A stretch of DNA of 64,000 nucleotides from Octopus bimaculoides (lineage: Eukaryota): NCBI RefSeq assembly GCF_001194135.2, contig NC_068984.1, positions 24,188,325 to 24,252,324 of the forward strand. Reading direction: 5' to 3'. Under the pieces are notes generated by a model. It was not told the DNA's origin. It worked only from the letters and a program-made list of their open reading frames with translations, and made no database searches. A program made the position numbers and the translations under genes. Below, piece after piece: positions 51,760 to 64,000 of the stretch; the first letter of the stretch is position 1, and the number at the start of each line of letters is the position of its first letter.

Positions 51760-52956
51760 GAACATCTAACCGGTACTTATTACATCAACCCATTACTTCG
51801 ATCTTAGTGTCTTATTGATACTTTACAGGTTTCTATTTTTATCAATCCCAGTGCCAGCCTGCTACTTATTTTATCAACCCCAGAAGGGTAAAAGGCCAAT
51901 CCAAAAAATAAGTATCATAGCCTTAATATTTTTTCCAATGAATAAGTAATATAGCTTTAATATTTTTCTCGGTCGTTTAAGATTAATTTACAGATTAAAC
52001 ACAGAAAATAGCCAATATTTTACTATGAAGTGTAAAGTTTGTTTACATTTCATAATAAAATATTGCTTTGTTTAGTTTTTTTTATGATTCTCTATTGTTT
52101 TCCTCTTTCTGTAACTCAATTCTCTCTTTTTCTCTCTCTTTCTCCCCCACCCCCACCCTCCCATGAAATAGTTACACCTCAAAACATCCAACCATTAAGA
52201 TAAGCTGGGAGAGTGGAAAGTTGCTTTTAGCAACTGAAAAATTGATCACAGATCATTCCTAGATTGTTTTAATAACAAACACAGTTGAATAGGATTAAAG
52301 CAGAATGGTAATATTTGCTGTTGTTGTATCAGGATTTATTTCTACACTAAATTTATCTGTCATTTGCAAATAAATAAACAAAATAGCTATTTTAAATCAG
52401 GCAGTTTGAAAGGAATAAAGGAATGAAGTTTCTATTTGATCTAATTTCAGTTATGTTGGAGTTGTTTTTGCTGTTTAACTCTGAATGAACAGATCTATAA
52501 CCAAAGGCAGTTCATCCATGATCATCTTGTCTCTCTTATATTTATTTATTTATTTATTGAAGGTTACATTATCCAATATATCCTTTTGTTTTTAAGATAG
52601 CATGATATGATTTGAGGCAGATTTGGTGGTTATTTCTAGCAAGTTGAGTGACTATATAGAGATTCCTGCGAGAGTGTTACAGGATGATAACAAGTACTAG
52701 AGAGCAGAGTTCAGAGTTTAGTCTTGATCCATAGTTGAGTTTAATACAGTTCAATTATACCTTCTGCCTTTGCAAATCAATAAGAGAGTCTGTACAGAGG
52801 AATACAATCTTCCAAAAATAGTAGCTAAATCTCTCTTAAATTAAACACTACTGTTTTAGTTAAGGACACATTGAAGAATGCAGTCTGGAAAAATAAGCAT
52901 ACTAGCACAGAAAATGGACATTAAATGATGATGATGATGATGATATATGATATATA

Positions 52957-53002
<46 letters not shown>

Positions 53003-53339
53003 TGCAGTTGCATTTATAAATGGAAGATGCAAATCCCAACCTCTAAACAATATCAGTCTATTACCAGTAAATTTTCAGAAGTTCTGAAACATACTCTTGA
53101 CAGCTAGGTATGCTGTTTATTTTATGCCAGCTAGGTATCTTATGACAGGTAGGTATGCATATTTATTTTATGCCACAACTGGTGAACAATGCATGAGTTC
53201 ATGTACATAAACTCCAAAAACTCTGCACTTATGGCTAATGGTAAGCCAATAAGCTAGTTGGAAGGTTTTACATATCTAAGAAACCTTTTATCTAGGAAGC
53301 TTTTTACCCTGTCAACAGGGTATAAGAGAACAACCAAGG

Positions 53340-53790
53340 AAGGCTTCGTAGAGCACATCAGATATTTGCAAAACTTCAGTTGATCTGGAAGTTTAGGCAA
53401 ATAAGATCTTAGGTCTGTGATTGAACTCTATAACAGCAATGTCAAATCTGACCTAATGCATGGCTCAGAAAGCTATTAAATAGTAAAAGAAGACTTATTA
53501 ACATCAATGCATTCTACAATGTGTCCCTGGGGAAAATCAGCCATATCTTCTGACAAATGATGAACTGCATTGTAAAAACAGGTGTGATCCTTGAAATAAC
53601 ACGTCAACAGCTCAGATGGCTTGGCCATATACTCAGGATAAAACACTAAACGTATCAGTAAGATGGACACCATCTAGAAAACGTAAACTAAGGTAGCTAA
53701 AGGACTCTTAGTATAGAACAGTTGAAGGTGAGCTGAGAGAAATGACTGTACATAGAGCAAAGCACTAAAGATCTGTCTGAATTAACATTT
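53340..53790 (+). mobile_element. Old RTE-clade LINE C-terminal relic (different subfamily)
   Basis: Decayed HGSES, LEITRQQLRWLGHILR, VRWTPSRKRK, RTVEGELREM. Confidence 0.75.
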
Positions 53791-54011
53791 GATGAATTGT
53801 CAAAGTTTTTTTTTTATTTTGAGAGAGGATTAAATAAAAACGATAATTGCAATCACTGGTTCACAGCAAAAATGACAAGGTAGTATTTGTAAGAGTGCAG
53901 AACGACTACCACAAAAAGGAAACTTCACTCAAATAACACTCATTTTTAGGCTTTTCCAATGATGTCTACATTCTGTACATTAGTGAACAATATACATATT
54001 CATACCTACCC

Positions 54012-54066
<55 letters not shown>

Positions 54067-54076
54067 NNNNNNNNNN

Positions 54077-54117
<41 letters not shown>

Positions 54118-54873
54118 ATATATATGTTGGGCTTCCACTCAGTTTCCATTTGCCACTCAGTTTCTACACTGACAGCCAAGGCAAAAAGACACTTGCTGAA
54201 GGTGCAGTGCTGTGAAACCTGGTATCACATGGTTGCAGAACAAACATTTTAACTACACATCCATGAAAATAGTTTATATTCATATCTACTGCAGAAACAT
54301 CTGCAGTAGATATGAATATAAACTATTTGAACACACAAACTATAAGAATATAGTCAAATGCAATATCCACTTAACCAGTTTTCTTTCACACAAAGTAAAT
54401 AACTTGAAAAGAATCAAGATCTATTAGTTTGTTTTATTTTTTACTCATTACATAAGCAAAAGGATTTTAGAAATGTCCCAGCATTTTCTCCCAATTTTGG
54501 TTAAAATATATGAGATTTGTTTGTAAAATATTATAATGAAAACTATGAACCAAAGGACTTTGAAATTCTTTTCTCCTCCTTTGTACAAAAGTTTTAGAAT
54601 AACTGCCCACAACTACATCAGTTTTGCTGCCATAAAATACATAAACAAGTTAAAATAAAGATATCTGGAAATGAGCTTGGAAAATGGAAGATAAATGGAT
54701 TACTGTCATTAGTTACATCCATACATCATGGAAACTGCAGGTTCCTGTCACATCAACTGAAATAATGAAACTCAATGCTTTATAGTAATAAATGTACCAC
54801 CCTTACCTGAAAGGTTTTTGTGATTCTGTTTTCAGAGAATGAAAGCAAACATTTTTTTTCTTTTTTTTTTCAG

Positions 54874-54908
54874 TGTAAAACCAATAATCCAAGGTGTTAT
54901 GAGAAATG
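54874..54908 (+). CDS. Candidate 35-nt exon (VKPIIQGVMRN or CKTNNPRCYEK)
   Basis: Long T-tract cag| acceptor and atg|gtaagc donor in unique sequence. Confidence 0.3.
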
Positions 54909-55319
54909 GTAAGCAACCAGAATAATCAGGAAGTGCTTATTTGGATAAGACACGAGTTACATTATATAATGATATTTCAGTCAGTTCTAATGCATTCAAT
55001 GAGGCATCACAGTTAATATATGATGTATCAGTAAGCTATCAGTAACAGCAGATAATCTTATCTCTGTGACACCAATCAATTTACTATTGTTATTTATATC
55101 AAGTCTTATTTTTCTAAATCGCATTTAAAAATAAGTAACGACAATAATAATTAAATCAGCATGAGGTTTCTTTTGATATAATTATTATTTGTTTATGTAT
55201 TGGTTTTTATGTTAAAGTCATAACAAAAATAGATAAATCAAGGTGAATTTAATTTGATCGTTCCATTTTCTGCCTCTGAAAAGTTTATGATATCAGTTTA
55301 AGAATTAGCTAAATCATTT

Positions 55320-55610
55320 AGTGCTGCCTGACTGGCTCCCGTGCTGGTGGCATGTAAAAAGCACCATTCGAGCAGGGTAGATGCCAGTACAGTCTGACTG
55401 GCTCCCATGCCAGTGGCATGTAAAAAGCACCCACTACACTCTTGGAGTGGCTGGTATTAGGAAGGGCATCCAGCTGTAGAAACCTTGCCAGATCAGATTG
55501 GAGCCTGGTGCAGCTTCCTGGCTTGTCAGTCCTCAGTCAAACCATCCAACCCATGCCAGGATGGAAAGCAGATGTTAAACAACAACAATGATAATGATGA
55601 TGATGATCTA
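55320..55610 (+). mobile_element. RTE-LINE 3' UTR with two modules
   Basis: Two 'ctgactggctccc.tgc..gtggcatgtaaaaagcacc' units plus tail. Confidence 0.85.
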
Positions 55611-55749
55611 GTATTATCATAATATCCTTATTATCATTGTTTTCACTTCCACTTTTCCATGATTGCATGAGTTAGACAGAGTTTACTGGGGAAGATTTTC
55701 TAAGGTCAGATGCCCTAATAGGTTGCTAATCTTCACCAAATTCGGTGAC

Positions 55750-56226
55750 TGACACCTGTGCCAGTGGAGCGTTAAGAGCACCGTCTGAGCGTGATCATTG
55801 CCAGAGCAGCTGTCTAGCTTCCGTACCAGTGGCACTTATACCACCATTCGAGCGTGATCGTTACCAGTGTCGCCGAACTAGCACTTGTGCTGGTGGCATG
55901 TGAAAAAACATCCGAGCGAGGTTGTTGCCAGTGCCGCTGGACTAACTCCTGTGCAGGTGGCACGTAAAAAACACCATTTTGAGCGTGGCTGTTGCCAGTA
56001 CCGCCTGACTGGCCCTCGTGCCGGTGGTACGTAAAAGCACCCACTACACTCTCGGAGTGGTTGGCGTTAGGAAGGGCATCCAGCTGTAGAAACTCTGCCA
56101 AATCAGATTGGAACCTGGTGCAGCCATCCCGTTCACCAGTCCTCAGTCAAATCGTCCAACCCATGCTAGCATGGAAAGCGGATGTTAAACGATGATGATG
56201 ATGATGATGATGATGATATCATCATC
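55750..56226 (+). mobile_element. RTE-LINE 3' UTR with four to five tandem ~65-bp modules
   Basis: Repeated 'gagcgtg..gttgccagt..gactggc..gtgc..gtggcacgtaaaa' units, tail and (gat)n. Confidence 0.88.
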
Positions 56227-56597
56227 ATTTAATATGATCCTTCTGTCCTGGCATGAATTAGCTGGTTTCACAGGAACTAGCAAGCCAGAGGACAGTACAA
56301 AGCTCAATAGTCTGCTTTGGCATGTTTTCTATAGCTGGATGCCCTTCATATATATGCATAATGGGCTTTTCTCAGTTTCTGCCTACCAGACCCACTCGAA
56401 AGGTTTTTGTAAGACTGAGGCTATAGTAGAAGACACTTACCCATGGTGTCACACAGCGGGACTGAACCAGAAACCAAGTGGTTGCAAAGCAAGCTCCTCA
56501 ACTTCACAGCCATGCTGCACAATATGTCTGTCTGTCTGTCTGCCTGTCTGTCTATCTGTCTATCTATCTATCTTCCTACCTCTTTATATATATTTAC

Positions 56598-56640
<43 letters not shown>

Positions 56641-56644
56641 TATT

Positions 56645-56855
56645 TCGAGCGTGGCCGTTTTCGTGCGGGTGACACGTAAAAGCACCCACTACACTCTCTG
56701 AGTGGTTGGCGTTAGGAAGGGCATCCAGCTGTAGAAACTCTGCCAAATTAGATTGGAGCCTGGTGTTGCCATCCGGTTTCACCAGTCCTCAGTCAAATCG
56801 TCCAACCCATGCTAGCATGGAAAGCGGACGTTAAACGATGATGATGATGATGATG
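56645..56855 (+). mobile_element. RTE-LINE 3' tail inserted in (TA)n
   Basis: Nearly identical to 50470-50685, including the shortened 'ttcgagcgtggccgttttcgtgcgggtgacacg' module. Confidence 0.9.
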
Positions 56856-57164
56856 ATATATATTATGTGTAAAAAAATTGCACAGAATGATAACAAAGAA
56901 AGACAAGAAAAAAAATCACATGTGACATGGGCATGCTCACCTCTCTCTCTTTCTTTCTCTCTCCCTCTCTCTCTTTCTTTCTCTCTCCCCCCTCTCTCCC
57001 CCCCTCTCTCTCTCTTACACACAGACACATGCATGCATGCACACATGCAAACATAAATATTATAAGAATGTTTTACAAATGGTTTTTCAGACATTCTGAA
57101 GCATGGCTCATTACCTCACTTCCTAAATATATCTGGAGTCTGAAAGATGATAATAATGGCACAA

Positions 57165-57360
57165 GGCCAGCAATTTTAGGGGAGGGAAGTAAATTGATTA
57201 CATCAATCCCAGTGCTCAACTCGTACTTATTTTATCACCCACAAAAGAATAAAAGGCAATGTCAACTTGAGCAGAGTTTGAACTCAGAACATAATGACAG
57301 ATGAAATGCCACTAAGCTCTTTACCTGGCATGCTGAAGATACTGCCAGCTCGCTGCCTTA
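57165..57360 (-). mobile_element. SINE family B
   Basis: Reverse complement of 45730-45935. Confidence 0.75.
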
Positions 57361-58119
57361 AAAAGATGATAATATTAACAAATATAAAAATTGATTTGTC
57401 CATTATAGAACAAATGTATCTCTTCAGAATGCATAAATTCCATCTTGGAGACAAGTACAACATCCTATTATAGCCTTTTGGAAATTTGAAGAAAAGATTA
57501 AAATTGTTGAACTCTCATACATATTTACATCAATATTTATTGAGATATTTCCAAATACAAACTGGCCAAAGTAATGTTTTTCCTACATAATGGATTCACC
57601 ATACCCTTAAAGATGATCATACCATGAAAAAATATATTCAGCTATTTATCAACAGTAAAACTGCATCAAAGTAGCAACCTTCATTGCTTTTGTGTTTCAC
57701 ATAAAAAGTCTGAAACACTAAAGACATAAAATATATTTTTGCATGTGAGTAGATGGATATGTCATAGGCTTTTATATGTTGCAATAAAACAGATGAACAG
57801 GTGATATATTTTCATATGTTTTATTTTTTTTAGCAAATCTTCTTCAATAGTTCTCTAAAACTTTGCTTAAGAACTTAAGAGATCAACAACAAATAAATTT
57901 ACAAATGTTCAAAAAGGCTATCTAGAAAAATCTTTTTATCTGAGATCCCACATGAGTCTGTGTAATGGTAACAAACTCAAATAAGGGCAGTGATATCAAA
58001 CGCCCTCATTCTCCAAAATCCAAGAACAAAAACAGAATTGTGGAAACAAATCATTGGAAGTAATTTTAATAGCAGTACCTCAGCACGGTTACAACTGACA
58101 AGCTTGATTAAGTGAAATA

Positions 58120-58211
<92 letters not shown>

Positions 58212-58237
58212 GCACACACACACATATATATATACAT

Positions 58238-58276
<39 letters not shown>

Positions 58277-58339
58277 GTTGAAATTTACAGAGAAAAAAAA
58301 AGATGAAGACAGGTGTGGTGCAGGCATGGTATAGGTGCA

Positions 58340-58705
58340 AGCATAGCTACATAATAAGAAGCTTGCTACCCAACCATGTGGTCTTAGGTTCAGTCCCATT
58401 ACATGTTACTTGGGCTGACAAAAGTATTGTGAGTAGATTTGTCAGATGGAAACTGAAAGAAGTCCATTGTGTGTTGTGTCTGTGTGTGTGTGATTGTGTT
58501 TACGTCTGACTCCACCTCTTGACAACCACTGTTGGTTTGTTTACATCCCATTACTTAGTGATTTCACAAAAAGAGAGCGATAGAATAAGCACCAGATATA
58601 ATAAACATTAAGCACTGGGGTTGATTTGTTCAACTAAGCCCTTCAAGGCAGTGCCCTAGCATGGTCACAGTTCAATGACTGAAACAAGTAAAAAGATAAA
58701 AAAGG
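58340..58705 (+). mobile_element. SINE family A
   Basis: Colinear with 31995-32412. Confidence 0.85.
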
Positions 58706-60349
58706 TTTAACATTTATTTGTGTGTGTGTTTGTATTTGTATGTACCCTTGTCTTGACATCACATGATGGTTGCAAATGAGTATGTTGTTTGTTTTCAATC
58801 TTCTGTGAAAAATGTCTGGCCAAGGGGAAATATTACCTTTCTTGAAAACAGGTAAGGGATGGTGACAGTAAAAGCATCAATGATGATGATGACGGTATGT
58901 AATACACACCCACACATACACAAACTCTTTTACATTTTTTCCCCCTCATCCTTACTAATGGACTGCAACAACACTAGGCCACTGTCTATAAGAAATGGTT
59001 GACAGTTTTCTTCTTGTCTTAAAATTTATTCCTTCTGTCGAAGACTGAACAAATTTCTTTAAAGTCTGTAAAGAAATTTCATTAATGCTGCACAATTACA
59101 GTGACATGAAAAAGACTGAAGTGAATACATTAAAATTTAATTATAAACTAGGACTCATTTTAATTGATTTGAATTATCTTAGTATTAAGTCATATAGACA
59201 ATATAGCACCAGAAAAATATAATGGAAAAAAAACTGATAAATGCAACAGAGTGGCATCAGTTTAATGATCAAAGAATTGACAATATTTGTTTTGTTCCTA
59301 ATAGTGTTCTGAGCCCCAAGCAAAAGAGTCTAGCTTTCAATGGCACAACCTACCTCAATATAAATAGATTTGTATCATAAGCAATAAGATTAGGCATCTA
59401 TTTAATTTTTCTTTTCCTTTACTTGCACAGCTAAACTGAAATATTTTCAAGGGATCCAGAGAAATTAAGACGGAAACAATTTATCCCATTCCAATCTAAG
59501 CTGCATGAAACATAGCACAGAACAACAGAGCTTGAAACTCTGCTGTCTCCAACATTTTCAATATTCCAGGTACTGTTGAATATTAAAAGACATCGCCAGA
59601 ATGGTATCTAACAGCTACAAAGAGCAACTTTATGATAATGATCAAATATATTCACAGCATGGCTGTGGGGTTGAGAAGTTTACTTTGGAATCATGTGGTT
59701 AGGGTTTCAGTTCCATTGTGTGAACACTGACAGCTGGTGTCTTCTACTATAACTGCTGGTTGACCTTGTGAGTGAAACTGGTAGATGAAAACTATCAGCG
59801 TGTGTGTGTATGCACGTGCATGCATGACTGGGTGTGTATTTCTTTCATCTTTACACGTATACTGGTTGTAAACAAAAGTTTCACTGTTCATTTAAAAAGG
59901 TGTCATTGTTGGCCGTGCACATTGAAACCATATCCAGGTTTCTTGACTTGTACATGCTGAATGTAAAACGAAACCTTCATTGTTCATTACAAATGGTGTC
60001 ATTTGTTTGTAATCCTGAGCTAAAATCTATTTGGGCTGCTTGGGGATTATTTCCTGGCCTGGAAACAAATGAAGGTTAGCATCAGGAAATGCTGAAAAAT
60101 ATCCACTGAAATAAGGCTCACATATTTAACCAGGTAGTACAGGAGGCAGGTAACACAATGAGTGACATAATAACTGACACTCCATTGATTATGACGACAA
60201 GCGTTCCAGTTGATTCGATCAATGGAACAAACCTGCTAGTGAAAATAACGTGCAAATGGCTGAGCACTCAAGACTTTATGACCATAAGCTGAATACCCTA
60301 ACCACCAAGCCACGCATCTTCCCAGTGACATCATCAAAGGCAAAGGTAA

Positions 60350-60620
60350 CAGTCTAGAAAGAAACAACCACAGCAATGTAAAACTAATGGATGAAATTAT
60401 GGAAAGAACAGAATGAGTTTAAAAGTACAACTGATAATGAAAAGAACAAGCTTAAATGAGATGTAGTTTGGGTTTGTGCCAGGTTGGAGGTGCCATTGAT
60501 GTTTTCTTTCATGTGAAACAACAAGATGAGAAGTTCTTAGCCATAAGCAAACCACAATAACTGGCATTCATTGATCTGCAGGCAACCATTGATAAGATTT
60601 CATACTCTGTGGATTTCATA
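60350..60620 (+). mobile_element. Decayed RTE RT N-terminal fragment
   Basis: LERNNHSNVKLMDEIME, LNEM*FGFVPG (EMQFGFVPG-like), LAFIDL. Confidence 0.75.
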
Positions 60621-60697
60621 CTTGTGAGAGTCACAAAAGCCAACAGCAAGGTGTGGTTGGCAATGAGTGTTAACAAAATTGAATATATATTTATATG

Positions 60698-60787
<90 letters not shown>

Positions 60788-61226
60788 TGTGAGAAAAGAA
60801 TTTTTTTGTCTCAGACAAAAGAAACTCAACACACACACACACACACGTTTGTTGCATAGTCACATGATTAGGAGTTTGATCCTACTCTACAACATCTTGG
60901 AAGATTGCCAAAGCCTCAAGCTGACTAGTGACTTACGAGTGAAATTTGGTAGACACCCATCATGTGTGTGTGTGTGTGTGCATACGTGATTGTCTGCATG
61001 TGTTTTCTCACTGATACCAAATACACTCCATGTGTTTTCTCATTGATACTAGTACCCAACATAAACAGAAAGGGCCAGCAGCTTGGTGGTTCAATATGCA
61101 AAGAAGTAGAACAAAGTAACTCATTTGTACACAACAAGGGTTGGCATTAGCACGGTTTATAAATATTCATATATATATATAATATATGCATTTATATAGT
61201 ATATAGTCTATATAATATATATAGTC

Positions 61227-61279
<53 letters not shown>

Positions 61280-61280
<1 letters not shown>

Positions 61281-61650
61281 CTTTTATCTTTTACTAGTTT
61301 CAGTCATTAGACTGTGGCCATGCTGGGGTACTGCTTTGAACAATTTTTAGTCGAACAAATCAACCCTAGTACTTTATTTTAAAGCCTGGTACTTAGTCTA
61401 TTGGTTTCTTTTGATGAACCGCTAAGTTACAGGGAGTAGACAAACCAACAAATGGTTCTCAAGAGGTGGTGGGGAGACAAACATGGACACACACACACAC
61501 ACACATATATATACGACAGGCTTCTCTCAGTTTCCGTCAACCAAATCCACTCATGAGAGCTTTGGTCAGCCCAAGGCTATAGTAGAAGACACCCAATGTG
61601 CCACAAAGTGGAACTGAACCTGGAACCATATGGTTGGGATGCAAACTTTT
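61280..61650 (-). mobile_element. SINE family A
   Basis: Reverse complement of the family A consensus. Confidence 0.85.
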
Positions 61651-61869
61651 TATCAGTCACGCACACAAATATATACATATATTGTAAATATACATCAAAC
61701 TCTCTCTCTCTCTCATTCCCTTGGTATGTATGTTTATGTGTATATATATATATATATATAACTGTTGAGTGTATGTTCTCATTAAAAAAAAAAGCGTTCT
61801 ACAACCCAAGGCAAAGTACTCAATAGATAATGGAGAGGGGATACATTTATTTATCAAAATAATGTCTCT

Positions 61870-62490
61870 GACAGTAAATAATTTGCTTCCCAACCACATG
61901 GTTTCAGGTTCAGTCCCACTGTGTGGCATCTTGCGCATCAGGCCAACCAAAGCTTTGTGAGTGGATTTTGTAGACGGAAACTGAAAGAAACCCGTCGCGC
62001 ACTCATACATACATACATACATACATATATAGTTCAAATTTACAGAAAACAAAAGACAAAGACAGGTGAAGGAACAACAAGCAGGTGTTTGATGCTTGGG
62101 AAGAATGGAAAAGTCTTTGTCGTTTCGAGCCTATGCTCTTCGACAGAAAGGATTGAAAGGAAAAAAAAGAGATAACGGAAAAAAAAAGAGAGAAAAAAAT
62201 GCGTAGGGAATAACGATTCAACATATGTATATATGTATGTATATATGTGCATGTGTATATGTATATATGTATGTGCTTGTGTCTTTGTGTCTATCCCCCA
62301 GCACTTGACAACCGGTGTTGATGTGTTTACGTCCCCGTAACTTATCGGTTCGGCAAAAAAAAAAGTCCAATAGAATAAGTACTAGGCTTAAAAAAAAAAG
62401 TCTTGGAGTCGATTTGTTCAACTAAAACCCTTCCAGACGGGGTCCCAGCATGGCCGCAGTAAAATGACTGAAACAAGTAAAAAATAAAAT
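61870..62490 (+). mobile_element. SINE family A containing a nested hammerhead-bearing module
   Basis: Head 61870-62000, microsatellite middle interrupted at 62030-62220, 3' half 62270-62490. Confidence 0.85.
62030..62160 (-). ncRNA. Short tail module with hammerhead-like motif (62115-62150)
   Basis: RNA: CUUU-CUGUCGA-A-GAGC(AUAG)GCUC-GAAAC-GAC-AAAG. Stems I and II perfect; A6 is U and U16.1 is A. Confidence 0.5.
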
Positions 62491-62562
62491 ATAAATAAAG
62501 TATGTGTCGTATATAACGATAAATGTACACACACGCACGGATACATAACACAATGCATATTA

Positions 62563-62599
<37 letters not shown>

Positions 62600-62799
62600 N
62601 NNNNNNNNNNNNNNNNNNNNNNNNNNNNNNNNNNNNNNNNNNNNNNNNNNNNNNNNNNNNNNNNNNNNNNNNNNNNNNNNNNNNNNNNNNNNNNNNNNNN
62701 NNNNNNNNNNNNNNNNNNNNNNNNNNNNNNNNNNNNNNNNNNNNNNNNNNNNNNNNNNNNNNNTATATATATACATACATAAATGTATGTATGTTTAAA

Positions 62800-64000
62800 A
62801 ATGAATCAACCTTCCATTTATGTTCTACAGTTCTATTTTAAGATCTCTATTTATATTAGCCAATCAGCTAACCAAAGACTATCCATGTTCTAAGAATAGC
62901 ACACTGTAATCTATATTTAACGCCTGTTGTTATCTTGACATTACACTCTCCGTCTAGCGTGATTTTAAGAAATATAATTTGACCAATAAATACAAAAAAA
63001 AATAATAAAAAAAGCTTCTATTCTTTTATGATGTTCTCGTATTTTTAAGTATTCTAACAGAATTCTATTTATAAACACTCGCACGAATATGATAAATTAT
63101 TTAAGAAAAATAAATAAATAAATTAGTTGCTATGATGAATTTGTCGTGTTTGTGTATGTCTCTGTTTGCGTGTGTATAATCATGTAAGTAGCTACTTACA
63201 TAACACATACACACGTGCGCGTGTGTATGTAGCTAGTTGTCTAACTGTTAGACTCTAACACATATACATACAAGTAGGTAGGTAGCTAGTTACGTAATAC
63301 TGAAGTGTGTGTATGTATATACGTTCGTTCGTGTGTGTATCTGTGAGGGTGTTTGATCGTGTGCGTAGGTGGTGAGTTGCATAACGCAAACACCCAGGGC
63401 AACACGACACATCTTTTTTCCTTTTATCAACAACTACCAACTGTTTTCATCATCTCCATACTCACCTTACCCTCACCTAGTATTAAATCATTAAGCCTAA
63501 TCCTTCCTTCCTAGAATGTAACTCTCCGTTAATTCACTTCCCACTCGTATAGATATTATTTTCCAGTAGTGGTCGACAATCCAGTTGTCGACTGCGATAT
63601 TCAGAGCAAACATCAACGATATCAATATTACATGTCACTAAAGGCCTGCACAGGCTGGAAACTAATCCTGCATCTGAGCGTCATGTGGAAGTGGGGCATT
63701 GAATAGTATTACAGATCATATTTAAGAGTCCCGTAGTATCATAGGCTGTGACAACTTCACAGGTATTTTTTTCTTACATCATTCATCGGAAAAAAAAATG
63801 CAACGGGTGTAAAAAACGGTGTAGGAGACGAACATGAAAACAAAAATTCCGGGAAAGCAACGGGGGGGGGGTGAGGAGAGGCCTTCGGAAAATTCACGAG
63901 ATCCGATGTTCTTCCCTCATAACTTTTAGGAAAATGGAGGTTTTTTAGTGTAATTTTATATAAATACCTTTCAAACGGTATAGATTACGATTACAAAGAA
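62800..64000. promoter_or_regulatory. CpG-retaining unique region, candidate 5' end of a minus-strand gene
   Basis: Frequent CG dinucleotides. Three overlapping consensus donors on the minus strand at 63460-63480. Confidence 0.35.

Noticed and set aside
55750-56045. CRISPR-like repeat array
   Set aside because: Units are contiguous degenerate tandem modules without unique spacers, inside a eukaryotic LINE 3' UTR. No cas genes.
59431-59570. Plus-strand exon with strong acceptor (ttgcacag|) and cag|gtactg donor
   Set aside because: All three frames hit stops early. Only a speculative internal ATG reading remains.

Overview
AT-rich, repeat-saturated eukaryotic DNA with N-gaps. It is not prokaryotic. 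The repeat families (tRNA-headed SINEs, RTE LINE 3' ends finishing in (GAT)n, Penelope-like relics, dense (TA)n/(CA)n/(GA)n) look to me like an octopod cephalopod genome. That is inference from recalled repeat sequences, not from a search. No intact protein-coding gene can be recognised: nearly all ORF-track entries come from microsatellites, N-gaps or transposon relics. Identifiable content: many SINE copies (two nested with exact target-site duplications), RTE LINE fragments, decayed Penelope-like RT relics, a decayed Tc1 transposon with TIRs, a mariner-type 3' end and MITE-like elements. Two CpG-retaining zones (about 18.2-19.7 kb and 62.8-64 kb) contain strong splice donors and may be 5' ends of large-intron genes. 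A few short exon candidates cannot be assigned to any protein. The most interesting signal is a set of minimal hammerhead-ribozyme-like motifs in short Penelope-type tail modules, with compensatory stem changes between copies. Repeat boundaries were read by eye and are approximate unless a TSD or motif is quoted.
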